Notes under the pieces: generated by a model
Told to the model about the DNA's origin: nothing
Databases searched by the model: none
The model's input: only the letters and a program-made list of their open reading frames with translations
Source of the DNA: Octopus sinensis
Lineage: Eukaryota
NCBI RefSeq assembly: GCF_006345805.1
Contig: NC_042999.1
Span: 136,586,001 to 136,650,000, forward strand
Length of the DNA: 64,000 nucleotides
Direction: 5' to 3'
Program-made: the position numbers and the translations under genes
In this document: positions 25,684 to 39,130 of the stretch, one piece after another
Layout: the number at the start of each line of letters is the position of its first letter
Numbering within the stretch: the first letter of the stretch is position 1

Positions 25684-27930
25684 TTTATATATATAAAATT
25701 CACCGCCTGTATGTGTATCCTCTATGTATGGCCAAACTGCTGGATCAATTTGTACCAAATTTGGCATGAAGGTTTTCCATTACTTGGGGAAGGTTCTAGA
25801 GGGTCAAATTTTGGCCCTTACCCATATAGAGGGCTGAAGCCCCCACCCCTTACAACCCTTCCAATTTCTTTTTTCAATGCATTCCTATGTTTTCGATGAG
25901 AGATTCAGAATATGCAAAAAACCATGTTTTCAAAATTTTCAATTCCCCCGCTCTCACCAAATTTATAATTTTAAACTTTTCTCTTGCAAAAGAGAGGGTG
26001 GCATTTTCTGTGTTTTTCGATATCTAATTAGAAGAGAGAATATGTTGTTACCAAAAACATTAAAACTTTACTAACTTGATTGATCTGTCACTGAACCAGG
26101 CTTTTAATTTCATCTGATACACACTCTGCTATCATTTATATGGAGAATTGCAAACATGGCATATAAAGATAACTTATTTTAATAGAAATTTTATGAGTAC
26201 ATTTCTGTAAATGTTTTTCTCGCACACTAACACCCTCCACACACACACACACGCCTGCACATACACATGGACGAAGTCCCATTTTGGAAGTATATTAAAG
26301 TTTTTATTATTTTGGAATGAAGAACATAAACATAGGTGCTAAGCCAGTGACTAAACTTGTAGTATTTTGTTGGGATTAATCTAATGAATTGACAGCAAGG
26401 TTTGTAAGAACAAAATTTCTGTGTACGGTTCTGTCACATGCATTCACACCAACACTTTCACACAAAGGTTGGTTACTGATAAACATAATTGTGACTGGAT
26501 AAAAATTTGGTAAATATTTACAGTAACACCATACTTGCTAAATACTAACCCTGACTGTAACCCTAAACCATAAATTTGTTTACAGCAGGGCTGGCACTAA
26601 GCCCCTGCAACCCCTGCAGTCACAGGGGCCCTTTGCAAAGAACTGGAATTACTATAATGTAAAACTTAAAATTTGATGTTACACACAACTTATGCTATTT
26701 TCAGAAGAAAAAGAAACAGTAAGGTTTCTAAATAATGAAAGGTCTTTATACGGACATACGCCCAGTGAAAACTCTTACTACATTGATATAAATCATTCAT
26801 TCATTTGTTCCTTTAGCCAATATACACTGTAGAATAACTTTCAATTTATACAATAAACTTCATAAATTTTAAAGATATTTGAGAGGAAAGGACATTCTTG
26901 TGGGTGGTGTCACTGTAGTTTTGGCTGGGGATTTCAGACAAACCCTTCCTGTGATCCAAAAAAGGTACAAAGGCAGATGAACTAAAGGCCTGTCTCAAGC
27001 AATCCTATCTGCAGAGGCAAGTGACCAAACTGCACCTGACAGTTAACAAAAGGACCCAATTATTTGGTGATCAAACCATCAGGCTGTTTTCATACCAGCT
27101 TTTGAACATAGTGAGTGGGCAACTGCCTTATGTCCACTAAATGCAGTAACACAAGCTACCCTGTGGCGAGATGGAACCAACTGTCAATGATCTCAAAATG
27201 CACGTTTCCAAACATTGCACAAAACTTTAGCAACAGTCAATGGCTATGTGAGCAAGCCATCTTAGCTCCACATAATGATGCTGTCAACAAAATCAATTGA
27301 CATCACTTGCTTGTTGCTAGGACAAGAACAGTCTTTCACACTGTCATTGATCAGGACCAAGCTGTAGTTTTTCCAAATGAGTTCCTGAACTCTCTATGGC
27401 CATATGGGATGCCACCTCACAATTTAACACTTAGAAAGGCGGCTTAGGCAAGTGGATCCACCTCACCTATGCAATGGTACTAGTCTGATGGTGAAAGCAA
27501 TGCAACCCCATGTCCTAGAGGCCACAGTTGTCACTGGGAAATATAAAGGCGAGATCCTGTTAATCTTATCTAACCCCCACCTTTGAATTTAAATGGCCCC
27601 AGTTCTCCGTGAAACTAAGTTTTGCTATGTTGATAAACAAATTTCCTGGGACTTAAACAACAGTAACATTGTCCTTTATAGGACCTCCACATTCTGTTGG
27701 CAAATAAACTGTACTAAATAATAATTTGTTACGCTAACGTAAATCACATGCACCCGTGCTATGAACTCTAAATACTGCATGGAATAGCCGTTTCAGTTTA
27801 AGTAAATATTCATGGACACACCTTTAAATACAAAATCAATGGCTAGGAATATATAAATATAAAATCAATGGCTAGGAATATGTAGGAGTAACTTAACAAG
27901 GCCTGGCTATAATAAGTGTTCACATATTAG
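25684..27930 (+). mobile_element. Internally deleted Helitron containing the helicase relic (ends approximate)
   Basis: The 5' end tttatatatataaaattc...accaaatttggca resembles the Helitron starts at 7722 and 54551. The 3' hairpin/CTAG is not clearly preserved. Confidence 0.5.
26860..27640 (+). pseudogene. Helitron RepHel Pif1-family helicase relic
   Basis: Across frameshifts: GGVTVVLAGDFRQTLPVI, KADELKACLKQSYL, FPNIAQNFSNSQWLCEQAILAPHNDAVNKIN, FPNEFLNSL..GMPPHNLTL, PPHLCNGT, LEATVVTGKYKGE, QFSVKLSFAMLINK. Confidence 0.9.
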
Positions 27931-28417
27931 TGATTTGATATTGCTCCTAGATAAAATAATTATGAAGTATCGTATTAAAAATATAAGGGTAAAGAAATTA
28001 TATATGATGAGGTTTATTTACTAAATAAATTATTTCCTTCAGAGGAAACTTGTATGGAAATTTTAAAGGCATTTTCCCAAACCCCAAAGTTTCTAGAGAA
28101 TTGCATGCATTTTCATATTTTAAAGCGAAAAAAATCTAAAAGTAAACAATTCGGGGTTTAACTGGAATTCGTATCCGCTGTACACTCTCCGTATAATATA
28201 CATTATATACAAATATAATTCCGCATACTGGAATAAGTACTCAGAGTGACATTTCGTTCAGTTTATAAATTTCGTACTTGAATGTATATAATGAAATCTA
28301 GATAATACAGTAAATATATTATTATGTTTCAATATATGCTTTTCTGTAGTTCGCGCCTTTGTCTTACCGTGAGTCATGTAAACAAATCGTTTCACCTGAC
28401 ATACCTTTCTATCTTAC

Positions 28418-28496
28418 CTGTACAGGTGTGGTAACAACAGCAGTAGCCAGCAGGACAGGAAGTGTGGAACAAGTCACCTCTCGCAGTGGAAATAAC
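28418..28496 (-). other. Candidate exon of an unidentified minus-strand transcript
   Basis: ttcaattagtag|...ctgtacag|GTAAGA. An upstream donor cg|GTGAGT at 28585 gives an 89-nt intron. No recognisable protein. Confidence 0.35.
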
Positions 28497-30836
28497 CTAC
28501 TAATTGAAAGTAACTCGCACTTAACACTGTATCTCAAATCAGGTAGAAAAATTACCAAAGAAGTTTGGCCATGGCCAAAACTCACCGATTACTCTTGTCA
28601 ATTTTCTTGTTTCTATGGATAAACGAATATACAAAATGTTCGGCCAATCTAAGTAAGTTCTTTTACTTTTTTAAAATACATTCACCTATATTAAACTTCA
28701 CTTGAATATCGAAAGTGTTTAATCATCGTGTTTGTATATTTATGTATATCATTATCGTTTTGTATTTTTTGACGAGGTTTTGTCAGAAAAAAAATCCGAT
28801 TTATCTTTTTTAGTTTTAAAGAAATAATTTGAATATGTTTTTTTTTTTGAAATGTTTGCATTTCCGGCATTTCATTTTCCATTGCTACTTTATCTCTAGC
28901 ATAATGGCTGACCAATGGTTTTTATTGACAGAAGCTATCAAAAAGACAAACATATATTTAAAAAAAATTTAATCTAGTGTTGTTGAAGTATAGAAAAACC
29001 CATTCTGAATTTTATCAAATCCTGTTAATCGTATAAGCAACAGGTACACTTCAGCACAACAATTTTAATGTCTCACCGATCTTAGACCTCGTGAAATTAG
29101 GTCAAATATTTGGAACGTATATTTTAATCATTTATAGAAGTCCCTTTATTAACTTATGTAATCAGTTTCTTTCTATCTTGCCTCGTGGAATAAATCATAA
29201 GAATATTCAAAATTTGACTTTGTATCTAAACTAAGTCTCTATTTATATTCAATCATAAAAGTAATTTCCTTCTGCTTTTGAATGTTAATCATATCAAGAA
29301 AATTGATATTTTCTCAGTTTTATATATAAATAATATTGTTTTCGCGAGACATTTGTATCTAATTATCACATTTAATTCCCTCCGGTGTCATTTTAAATAT
29401 AAAATAAGTACTAGTGATTTCTGGTATAATTTCATATTTTAATAGACTCTTAAGTGTTGAAATAATGTCTAGAGAAATAATACTCAATAATAGTGTAGGG
29501 AAAATGAGAATTATAAGTGAATGTGTTTGTCTAAATATCTGACATTGATGATTAATAAATAATCACTTTTTTTGTCCGCTATAATTTTTAAGTTTGATAA
29601 GCTAAGTTCGTATTAATTTTAGTTGGAAACAGACGTCTTTAAAATAAATCCAAGAGAAAATGTCACAGGAAATAATGGTCACAGAAAACTTTGGAAAAGT
29701 CACGGGAAAGTTTTAAAAAATAACCGATTGATTTAATGTTCTTGTTTCTTACTCAAGATACTAAACAAGATTTAATATATTTTTCGCTAACACATAATGC
29801 GTCATATAAATTGTGTTGGCATTGTGTTAGTTAATTAACGGCGGGATGAGTGTCAAAATATTTTAGGACTTTATGACGGAAGTCAAGAATACGCACACCA
29901 CTTGTTTTCGGCGTAACCTTAACCACCGCGTGTGTATACTTTACCTTCGCTGGACTTAATATTAATATTTGCTTCATTAGTTTAACTTATTATTTATAGT
30001 TATTTCGATGAAGTGAGACTGGTTTTCTCGATATAATAGTAACTTTTTTCTGGTCACCTTTAACTTCAACTCAGTATGCAAGTCAACTTGGGACTTCCTT
30101 ACATACCCGTTCGACCTACTTGAAAAAAGTAGTCATATTAGATCTACATCTTTAACACGAATGACATTCTAATGTAATTTTATATACTCCTAGAATGACG
30201 GGATAGTCATGAATGGAACGTTTTCCAGGATCAAGGATTAATGAAAATAGGCAATGATTTTACGTTGTTTTTGTTAGTTTTACCCCAGGTCAGCTCTAAT
30301 CGACCAGACTTTTGATCTGATGAATTCCTTCCGTGCCCTTCCCATCTTTTTGCTCAGTGCATTGCATCTAGAATTCCATTATACAATATGGTCTTTCCTT
30401 TTTTAAGACGGCAGAGTAGTTTGCTTGCGCATTTCGTTTGTAAAGTTTTAAAACTATTCTAAAGTTGAAAATTTGGGAAAAAAAAGCCAAAACTATCTCT
30501 TGGTTTTTAGTAATAATCAAGCGTATAATAAGATTATAACATGTCTTTCATGTTGCTCGAGCATTAGTATGGATTTCCCAAAGCTTTAAATGATATTTAT
30601 TTAAAATCAGCGCCTCACTTACATACCCTAACACACTGTTCAAGAACTACTGCGCTCAGGGTTTCGCTTTTGAGGAAACAATTTGAGCGACCACATAATG
30701 TCTCTTTCGTTGGCTCACCATAACCTTAAATTGATCTAACAGACAAAACAATTACAAAGACTTTTGCATGACGGTTAACTTTTCCAAATATTTTATTGCA
30801 AGAGTCAGGAATTGTAGGAGAGATCTTTGGTTTTAG

Positions 30837-30954
30837 GTACATATACTCGCAGGACGGGATCCGGAGCCTATGGGATTTTTATCCTACACTCCCGCCGGAT
30901 TGATAGGAAAAAAACAAAAGGAAACAGCCCAGAAAAATATGAAAATGGACTTGG
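30837..30954 (+). other. Candidate early exon of an unidentified plus-strand transcript
   Basis: ggttttag|GTAC...cttgg|GTAAGC. CpG-rich relative to the flanks; two frames are open. Confidence 0.35.
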
Positions 30955-31199
30955 GTAAGCGCAAGGAATATGTGAATGCTTAAATGTCACTTACTAAATA
31001 ATATATGTAATAACCTGTTAGTATCTTATTTATTAAAATATTTAACTTTTCTAAGAACGACACTTTAAAATTTTAATTTAATGACACGATTGTTAAAATA
31101 ACTGTGAAAGGTCTACAAATACATCATAAGAATCGAGTATCTTCGAGGGAACGTGAAAATAATTCGTTTTTAACCATTGAACTCGAAGTAACATGTAAT

Positions 31200-31410
31200 C
31201 AGGGACAGCCTTAAGCCAATTGAACCGATTGCTCCCAATCGGGCCCCGCACCTAAGGAGGCCACATCCTATTCTGCGACATTTCATGAAGATGTTTTTTT
31301 TTTCTTGTGCTACCAACTAATCACCTAATATGCTGCAAATAATTTTTCCCTTGGAAATTCCCCCCTTCACCTCACCCAAATGGGCTCCGCACCTCCTAAG
31401 ACCTGACCTG
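31200..31410. mobile_element. hAT MITE
   Basis: TIRs CAGGGACAGCCTTA / TAAGACCTGACCTG; 8-bp flanks catgtaat / catgtagt. Confidence 0.8.
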
Positions 31411-32869
31411 CATGTAGTTACTGGGTTTGGATAGGAAAAGTTATTACAAATTGATTGTGTTGTCAACAACTTAATAGGAAGGATTGTCACAAAAATAAAC
31501 CAACCTCTAAACAATTACAACATCAGTTCCACAGATATATGTACATAAAGCCAAAGATTGCCTACGATTCTTTCCTATATATTGAACTTGGTTAATATAA
31601 ATGGAGCCAGTTCACCATAAATGCTCTCATCTGAAGAAAATTCTGACAAGAAATATATTTTCATTGTTAGCAATCATAGCTTATTTCTTTACAAATTTCA
31701 AATCAATGAAGTTTTATTATCGTACTGTTTTTCCCCTTGTTGTTAATCAACTTCTAATTATTTTATTTATTTTGAGTATTTTCTTAAGCACTTACAAAAA
31801 TAAAAATATAACCAAAAGATGTAGACAATCCCACGAGTGTTTCTGAGAAAGAAAAAAATAAATGATTGAAAAAAAATTAATGGCAATTTTTAAAAATTAA
31901 TTAAAAAGTCAATTTCACTAGCCTCACACTAGGTTAGAAACATTTTAATGAGATTATATTTAGCAAAGAATAAAAGAAGAGAAAAAAAGACAACCAATGT
32001 CGTAAGTTAAAGGTTGTTACAGGAGAAAGAATTGAAGAGCATTCTTGGCAGTTGCTTTTGACCCAAATCGTGTTGATGACGAACTTCGTGGGTGGGAGTC
32101 TCATTGGTTTTCTATCAACAAATGCCATTAATTCTTTTCTAAAACCTTTTTCTTATACTTTCTAGAACAATAATCTCACGTGCTTCTCATTTTTACGTGC
32201 TTAATTTCAGAAATAAATTTTATTTATTTATTTTTAAATAAATATTTTATTTCTTCTTCATTTCCTGATTACATGTTAGTTGCAAGTATCTTTAATTTTC
32301 AGTTCTTTGATTCTCCATAGTAATAACCCTGAAAGTAACACCACCAATCTCTAGATTAGCTGATCTAATGACCCCACAAGACAAGTCACTGTTTCTGAAA
32401 TTATTGTGTGGATGCCAATATGAAGCAAATAAAAATCTTCATTTAAACATCGCCTTAGACTCCAATTAGTTAATTCTCATGAATTCTTTTTGAAATTCTG
32501 ATACTTGTCTTCATCAGCAAATTCAGTGTTGAGTTTTAACAAAGAGTGGACCTATTCAACATGCAATTTCTTGCTAATGGGTTCCCATTTGTGTTGTAGT
32601 TATAAATACTTGGAGGGCTTTTTAATATTTTATTGCAATGTAACAGAGTTCCGTTCCTATTCATTGCCTATCATTGTTTGGCCTTGTTTAGTTCCTGATA
32701 TGTGGTTAAGTACATAGGACTAGTTGCCTACCGTCTCATTTAATACAGTAGAAGCTTAATCCATAAGAAGTCACTATTCATGTGAAAGATTGACAAAGTT
32801 CTATTTGGATAGTATACCATTCAAATTACTTTGTTGAAGTCAACCCCAGTTTAACAGATCTATGGTTAA

Positions 32870-33813
32870 CACATTTGTTACCACATTTCTTTTGAAATAG
32901 ACTACTTTTATTGCCTTGTGCACGTAAGTGAAAGCAGGGTATTGTAATCACTCATCTTTGTCTGTGTGTTTGCAAAATTACTGGAAAACAGCTGAAGAGA
33001 TTTTCACCAAATTTGGCAGAAATACTCATTGAGTGAGTGGTTCGAAATAATGAAAATTTGGTTTGATTATTTTCAGACATACATAAATTCGTACATAGAT
33101 ATGTGTGTGTGTATGTACACTGAAGGATTTGAGGGTTTCATTTATTTATGAGATGATTTCTTAATTTCGTTGAAGTATAAATACCTATAATAGAGATACT
33201 TAAAACAAAAATTAAAGAAAAATCAAACATACAAATTTCCTGATAAGCAAGTGGTCATATTATTTATATCCAACAATGAAGTACAGTGCATTTGATTCAC
33301 CTGCCATCATTGAAAGACTTTGCTATGCAATATTTTCTATAAGTATTTCATTTTGTTCACTTTCTTTTTCATATGAATCAACCCTCGTCTGTGTGTATAT
33401 AGATCATGATCTACCTATGCGCATAGACGTGTGGGTGGATAGATAAATACATACATAGATGTGTGCGTGTGTGTGTACAGTGATGGATTCAAGGGTTTTG
33501 TTTATTTACGAGTTGATTTCTTGATTTAGGCTTCTAATCCTCTTTTAGTCAAACACATACAAAGCTTAATTCAGCTCAATTAAAAAGCATGGGTAAGCAA
33601 CACATTGTAAGCCTCACTATAATTTGCAAAAAATCTATCTGTGCACAGGATGCCTTTTTTTTTTATTTCAATTAATTTTGAAAATAATCATTTAGCAATT
33701 TGATTTAGTTGGCATTAAGCTGGGGTTTGGAACTTAAATTAACGTGATATTTTGATGAATGGTTTTAATTTCGATCACTTTAAAGAAGGGATCATACAAC
33801 TATATCAAAAGAG
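32870..33813. mobile_element. piggyBac-like MITE interrupted by a Helentron-associated (HINE/DINE-1-like) element
   Basis: TTAA at 32866-32869 and 33814-33817. The outer parts are the reverse complement of 35119-35304. Confidence 0.65.
32906..33660 (+). mobile_element. HINE/Helentron-like non-autonomous element
   Basis: T-rich ends, subterminal inverted repeat ccttgtgcac / gtgcacagg, (gtct/gt) microsatellite then aaaatt..ttttcaccaaatttggca; internal direct repeat at ~33083-33165 and ~33445-33525. Confidence 0.6.
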
Positions 33814-34012
33814 TTAAAGGTGTTCCTGCTATGATCATTCCATCATATTGTGTCTGGTACAAAATTAAAAGAAGAAAGCTTATGATTAAAGTTAATCAAA
33901 ATTAATCTAAACAGATAAAATTACAGACCTTAGGAGTCAAGACCAACCAGACAGATCAAATTTCTGTTACCAGTTTTGTAACTTCGTTATGTTATTGCAT
34001 ATAGACAACTAT

Positions 34013-34228
34013 ATTGGTTTCAAATTTAAGCTCAAGGCCAACAATTTTGGGGAAGAGATAAGTCAATTCCATCAGCCCCAGTGTACAACTGGTCCTTATT
34101 TTATCAACCCTGAAAGGATGAAGGGCAAAGTCAACTTTGGCAGAATTTGACCTCAGAACATAAACACAGTTGAAATACCATTAAGCATTCTTCCCAGCAT
34201 ACTAACAATTCTGCCAGCTCACCACCTT
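34013..34228 (-). mobile_element. Family-A SINE
   Basis: gaaaggatgaagggcaaagtcaac...ttctgccagctcaccacc. Confidence 0.85.
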
Positions 34229-35118
34229 CATATTGACAACAATATTGGCAATACTTTTTGTTAACTTTTCATCTCCTTATAATAGCTATCTGGTTTTAAA
34301 ACAATCTCCATCTTCAGCTTATTGTTCTTTGGAATAGAAACAGTAATTATGAAATTGTATCTTCTTGGATGGTTATGCAAAATTGTTATGGACTTCTCCA
34401 TTAATTTTGTTTCCATTAAGTCATTCTCAGAGTATCTTGTTATTTCTGGTTACAAAGTAAAAGCAATTCAGTTTATCATCAGTCTGTAGGTTTTAAATAG
34501 ATTTTGAAAGAAATTTATCTTTACTGCTTCTAACACAGACTATCTTAGTATATCCATTCTACATTTATATGAACTTCCTAGCTACCTACATATCTTTAAC
34601 CATGATCTATTATTTGTGACCTACTTCATCTTGTGAAGGCACATGGCTTTGTGGTTAGAGTATTAGATTCATGAGCATAATGTCATGGGTTTAGTTCTTC
34701 GATCAAGTAGAGCATTCTACCTTTGAACAAGGCACTTCATTTCATATTACTCTAGTTTACTCAGCTGAAATGAGGTCAATGTTCTCTCCTTCTAGTTGTT
34801 ACACACCAGATATTCCACTGGTTTAAGGATTTGAGGGTGTCTGTCTGCTTGCAATTACTTATCGACTTAGTCCCTTTGTCCTTGTTTGTCCCCTCTATGT
34901 TTAGCCCCCTGTGGGCAAGAAAGAAATAAATTAATTAGGTGGCTAAAACAATTAGTGAACGCATGATATAGGCTGCCACATCATACTCACTTGAAGTGAT
35001 GGTTATGGTATTTTTTTACTGCTCCCTCTAACTTTATCTCAACTTATGTCTATCCCTACATCAACGACCAACTTGTACCTGCTCAAACAATAGTTTTCAT
35101 TGATTTCATTACATATTA

Positions 35119-35304
35119 CCCTTTTGATACCAACCCAGCTGAAACCACCTCTGGTTCTGTAGTACAAATGTCTTGTTTTCAAATGTTCTGAATTAAAATC
35201 TTTCATCAAACCTTAGTCACAATTTATGTTGCTAACACTAGCTTAATGATAAATTAATTGAAAGAGACACAGAGTATCTCAACAGAAATATGGTAACAAA
35301 AGGG
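35119..35304. mobile_element. piggyBac-like MITE
   Basis: CCCTTTTGATACCA ... TGGTAACAAAAGGG-TTAA. Confidence 0.75.
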
Positions 35305-35309
35305 TTAAT

Positions 35310-35586
35310 GTCTAGTGCCGCCTGACTGGTTACTGTGCCAGTGGCACGTAAAAAGTACCATTTGAGTGTGATCAAAGCCAGTACTGCCTGGCTGGCTCCC
35401 ATGCCGGTGGCACGTAAAAAGCACTCACTACACTCTCGGAGTGGTTGACATTAAGAAGAGTGTCCAGCTGTAGAAACCTTGCTAGATTAGATTGGAGTCT
35501 GGTGCAGCCTTCTGGCTTGCCAGTCCTCAGTCAAACCGTCCAACCCATGCCAGCATGTAAAGTGGATGTTAAACAACGATGATGAT
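35310..35586 (+). mobile_element. RTE 3'UTR fragment with (GAT)n tail
   Basis: gtggcacgtaaaaag repeats, caacccatgccagcatg..gttaaacaacgatgatgat. Similar fragments lie at ~762-800 (+), ~23340-23570, ~42618-42840 and ~59325-59490 (-). Confidence 0.8.
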
Positions 35587-36588
35587 AACTGTTATTTTAG
35601 CACCTCAATTATTTTAATTCCTCATTACTTTGGTAAAATTGTTTCACTTCACAGTGCATCTCTAGAAAATCCAAAGTGACTTTTTTTTTTTGATCTTTAT
35701 GATATTTTCACATCTTGTTTTGACTTTTTTACTCATTTCAAAAAGTTCTACATGCTTATCATTCGACAATGAAATATATTTTGAATTCTAAGGAAGAATG
35801 AAAACATAGAAATTGACTTCTTATTTGCTAGCTGTATTATTCAATTCTTTAAGTCAGAAGTCTTTTTCTGGATGTAATTTTTTCATTTAATGGGATTAGT
35901 GATTTAGAATTAAAGTCTTATCAGGTATTCTGTAAGTTTGATTTAATTAAGGGCTTTGTAAGTCAGATTTAATTAAGGTGCTTTGGAAAGACTTCTCAAT
36001 AAATTAACTGTTTATTATGACTTGTTGAAAGTTCCTTAAGTTTGTAGAAGCTCACTATTGAGCTGTCAACATAAAAACATTATTTGAATTTATTGGAAAA
36101 TGCATTATCGATAAAGTTTTTCTTAAAAATGTAATTAAAGATGGAAGGATCATTATAGGCTTATATGTATTCTATGTGTAGAGGTTTCTATTTATTACTG
36201 TCCAGCATTCAAAGGATTTCAAAATTAAGAAAATCATATTTCTCAATTGCAACAAGTTCTACCAAACAAACATTTATTCCCACAATAAATCAACAATGTT
36301 CTATATTTTTTGTTTGGAGTATATCTTTAGTTACTTGAGATAAATAGCCAAAACATTTGATATAGAGTTGCTTTTCTTTTTCTTTCTTATGCCAAAGATA
36401 TTATATTGGAATTAGCAAAAGTTGGTTAACAAACTTTCCTGGAGCCATTCAGGGACAATCAATTGTTGGTGAATTATTTTGATAGAAATATGTATGTGAT
36501 TATGAATTTATTGTAATCATATATGCACTGGGGCATACAGAAGTTGCCAAATTATTAAGAAAAGCACTAAAGTATATCAAGAAAACAT

Positions 36589-36645
36589 ATTCAGTCAACA
36601 TCTAAGTAACAGAAATTCAGTCAACATCTAAGTAACAGAAATTCA
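36589..36645. repeat. Perfect 26-bp tandem duplication
   Basis: ttcagtcaacatctaagtaacagaaa occurs twice. Confidence 0.9.
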
Positions 36646-39130
36646 GAGGCAGGTCTATGAATTTCTGTTGCATAGAGAAAATCTTTATTGTAACAACAAT
36701 GATCCAAATGATTTTTTTTTTTTTTTTAGTCATTTCTATAATATTGGTTTTGCCTATTTTGTATTAATGGAGGTTAAAACCTAGTAGGAGTTTGTTGCTA
36801 TAAACTGTCTGTAAATAGGATAAATTGTTTTGAAATCTAAGTTTTTCCACTAACCTGCTGCACCATCATTAACTTGTGACCTCTTATCATCTATCACGTT
36901 TCTGGCCAGTCTTCTTTATCAAATTATTTTTATTCCCAGCAGTTTCTTAGAACTGACGTTTAATACAGTCTATAAAATATTCTTTAAAAACTCTAGGAAT
37001 TGTCACCCATGAGATTCTGCAGTTTTCCCTTTTTTTATCTTCATGTATTTCATTTCTTTCATCTTCTATGACCATAATTCTAATGAAATACACTGCCTAA
37101 TTGATTTGGAAAATAAAGTATTTGGTATGATTTTGTAAAACAAAAAAATAGAAAAGAAAACTTTTTAACTCCATTGATACACTGATTTCTCCTTACATCA
37201 CCCCTAATGTTATATGTACTTAGTTATTCCTTGCAAGAGCTGCAACCTTTTGGAATTCTCTCTATGCTTATGTTTTTCCTGTAGATATCGGCATGCATAT
37301 GTTCAAACTGCATATCTTTTTTCATGTGACCAATATGAAAGTGTTTGCAAATGTTATGGGAACTTGCCTTCATATTCTGAGTCACTTATAAAAGAAAAAT
37401 AGTGTTATATTAGTAATCTTTTTTTGTATTTAGTTGCTGGTGAGAGTCCAATATTTGGTCAGATTCTCTGTGGCTGTAAACATTTTTAGTTGTTGTTGTT
37501 TCATTTGAAAGTTATACAATCCATGAGTGAAAGAATCAAATTTGATACAAGATATATAGATAGCAACACTAGATGTTAATTTTTCCAATATACTTCCCTT
37601 CTAATGGGATAGACTTGTAAATATACTTGTAAATCGAAAGTTGTTTCACTCATTCTTCAACTAATGATTCAATTCTAATCTAGAACAGATAATTTTATTG
37701 TGTACATCAGATTTTGATGGGGTTTCTTGACCTTTGGTGTGGTTGTGTTCTTTGCTGTTATTCCCTATTCTCTCTATCCAGCCTGCTTAGTATAAGGGTA
37801 TACCAATAAAATGCTACATTTTGTGTCCATAGAGAGCACTAAAATCTCAAATACTTATTTTGAATTTCTGTCTGCTCCACACTAATTTTCACATATAGTA
37901 ACATTTCTATATCGAAATTACTTATTCTAAATTTGAATCACTGTTTGATAAACTTTTGTCTAGAGAGATTACTAATATCTTCTTGAGCTCTAAGTTATTT
38001 TCTTCAAATACTTTTGGTAACTAAAGGAAATTTTGTCGATATTTATCATCAAAGAACGAACTAGACATGTTTCTAATTTGGGATCTTGATTGGTGTTGGA
38101 ATATATAAAGCAGTCACAGTAATTGATTATTAGTATTATACACCCAGACATGCATTATAGATCTATCATCATATACATATTAACTTCACTATATATTATC
38201 CTCCCACAACGTCATTGCAACATTCTTACATTAGTAAGTCTGAAGCTTTGCACAGCTTCACTGAAAATTCATATAAAACGTATGATCATATGTGCAAAGT
38301 AATTTTGAAATATTAATTTGATCGTTCTTCTTCAATGAACTGTAAACATTCCCAGCAAGTTAGTCTGTGACATTTTTATCCTGAGTTGCCAATGTAAAGG
38401 ATGTAAGTCTATGAAAACAATTCCTGTTCAGAGAAGAAACTTACAAATGGTAAAATATTGCTTGGAATAGATAAATAAAAATCAATGAGAATTCTTAAAT
38501 TTCACCTGTAGTAGGTGTAAGTGGCACATAATGTAGATGAGATGGTGGCAGAATTTAAATAACAGGTCTTGGAATCACATTGATCTTATATAGAAACTAA
38601 AATGTTTTGTGATTGCACACAGCATTGAAGACGAACTAGAGCAAGAAGTTTTGAGATAACTTAGTTAATATAAACAAAGAAATTAAGCAAATTACCTTGG
38701 GATGATTTTCTTAACATTAGATCTAATAGACTTTACATAGTTTTTATCGCTATGAACATTGGCTTTTTAATATTTCCTCATTTGTAAGTGTATTGGATGG
38801 CAGAATTAGAAGGGGACTTGTGGTATTTAGTTACATTCTGAATATAAATTCTTATGGAATTGACAAAATAAGTTCCAGTTAAGTACCTTAAGTGATTTAA
38901 TGAACTTTTCCCCTCCAAATTTGTAGGCTTTTGCCTATGCTGCAAATGATTTTTTTCCTGTATCTGTCAACAATATAGCTTAGTGTTTTGATATACATTT
39001 TTCTATACTTGCAAAACTTCATTAATTTTTTTCTTCCCTTCCATCTTCTAGTTGTATTTCTATTGACATAATATTATGTATATTTATCTGTTAAGGCATG
39101 AATATGTTCATACATGCAAGTGTATATTTA

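Noticed and set aside
26545-26572. Telomere-like ctaaccc units
   Set aside because: Only 2-3 degenerate units inside a transposon relic.
30317-30345. CTGATGA hammerhead core candidate
   Set aside because: No stem II or GAAA follows, and it lies within a SINE-like repeat.
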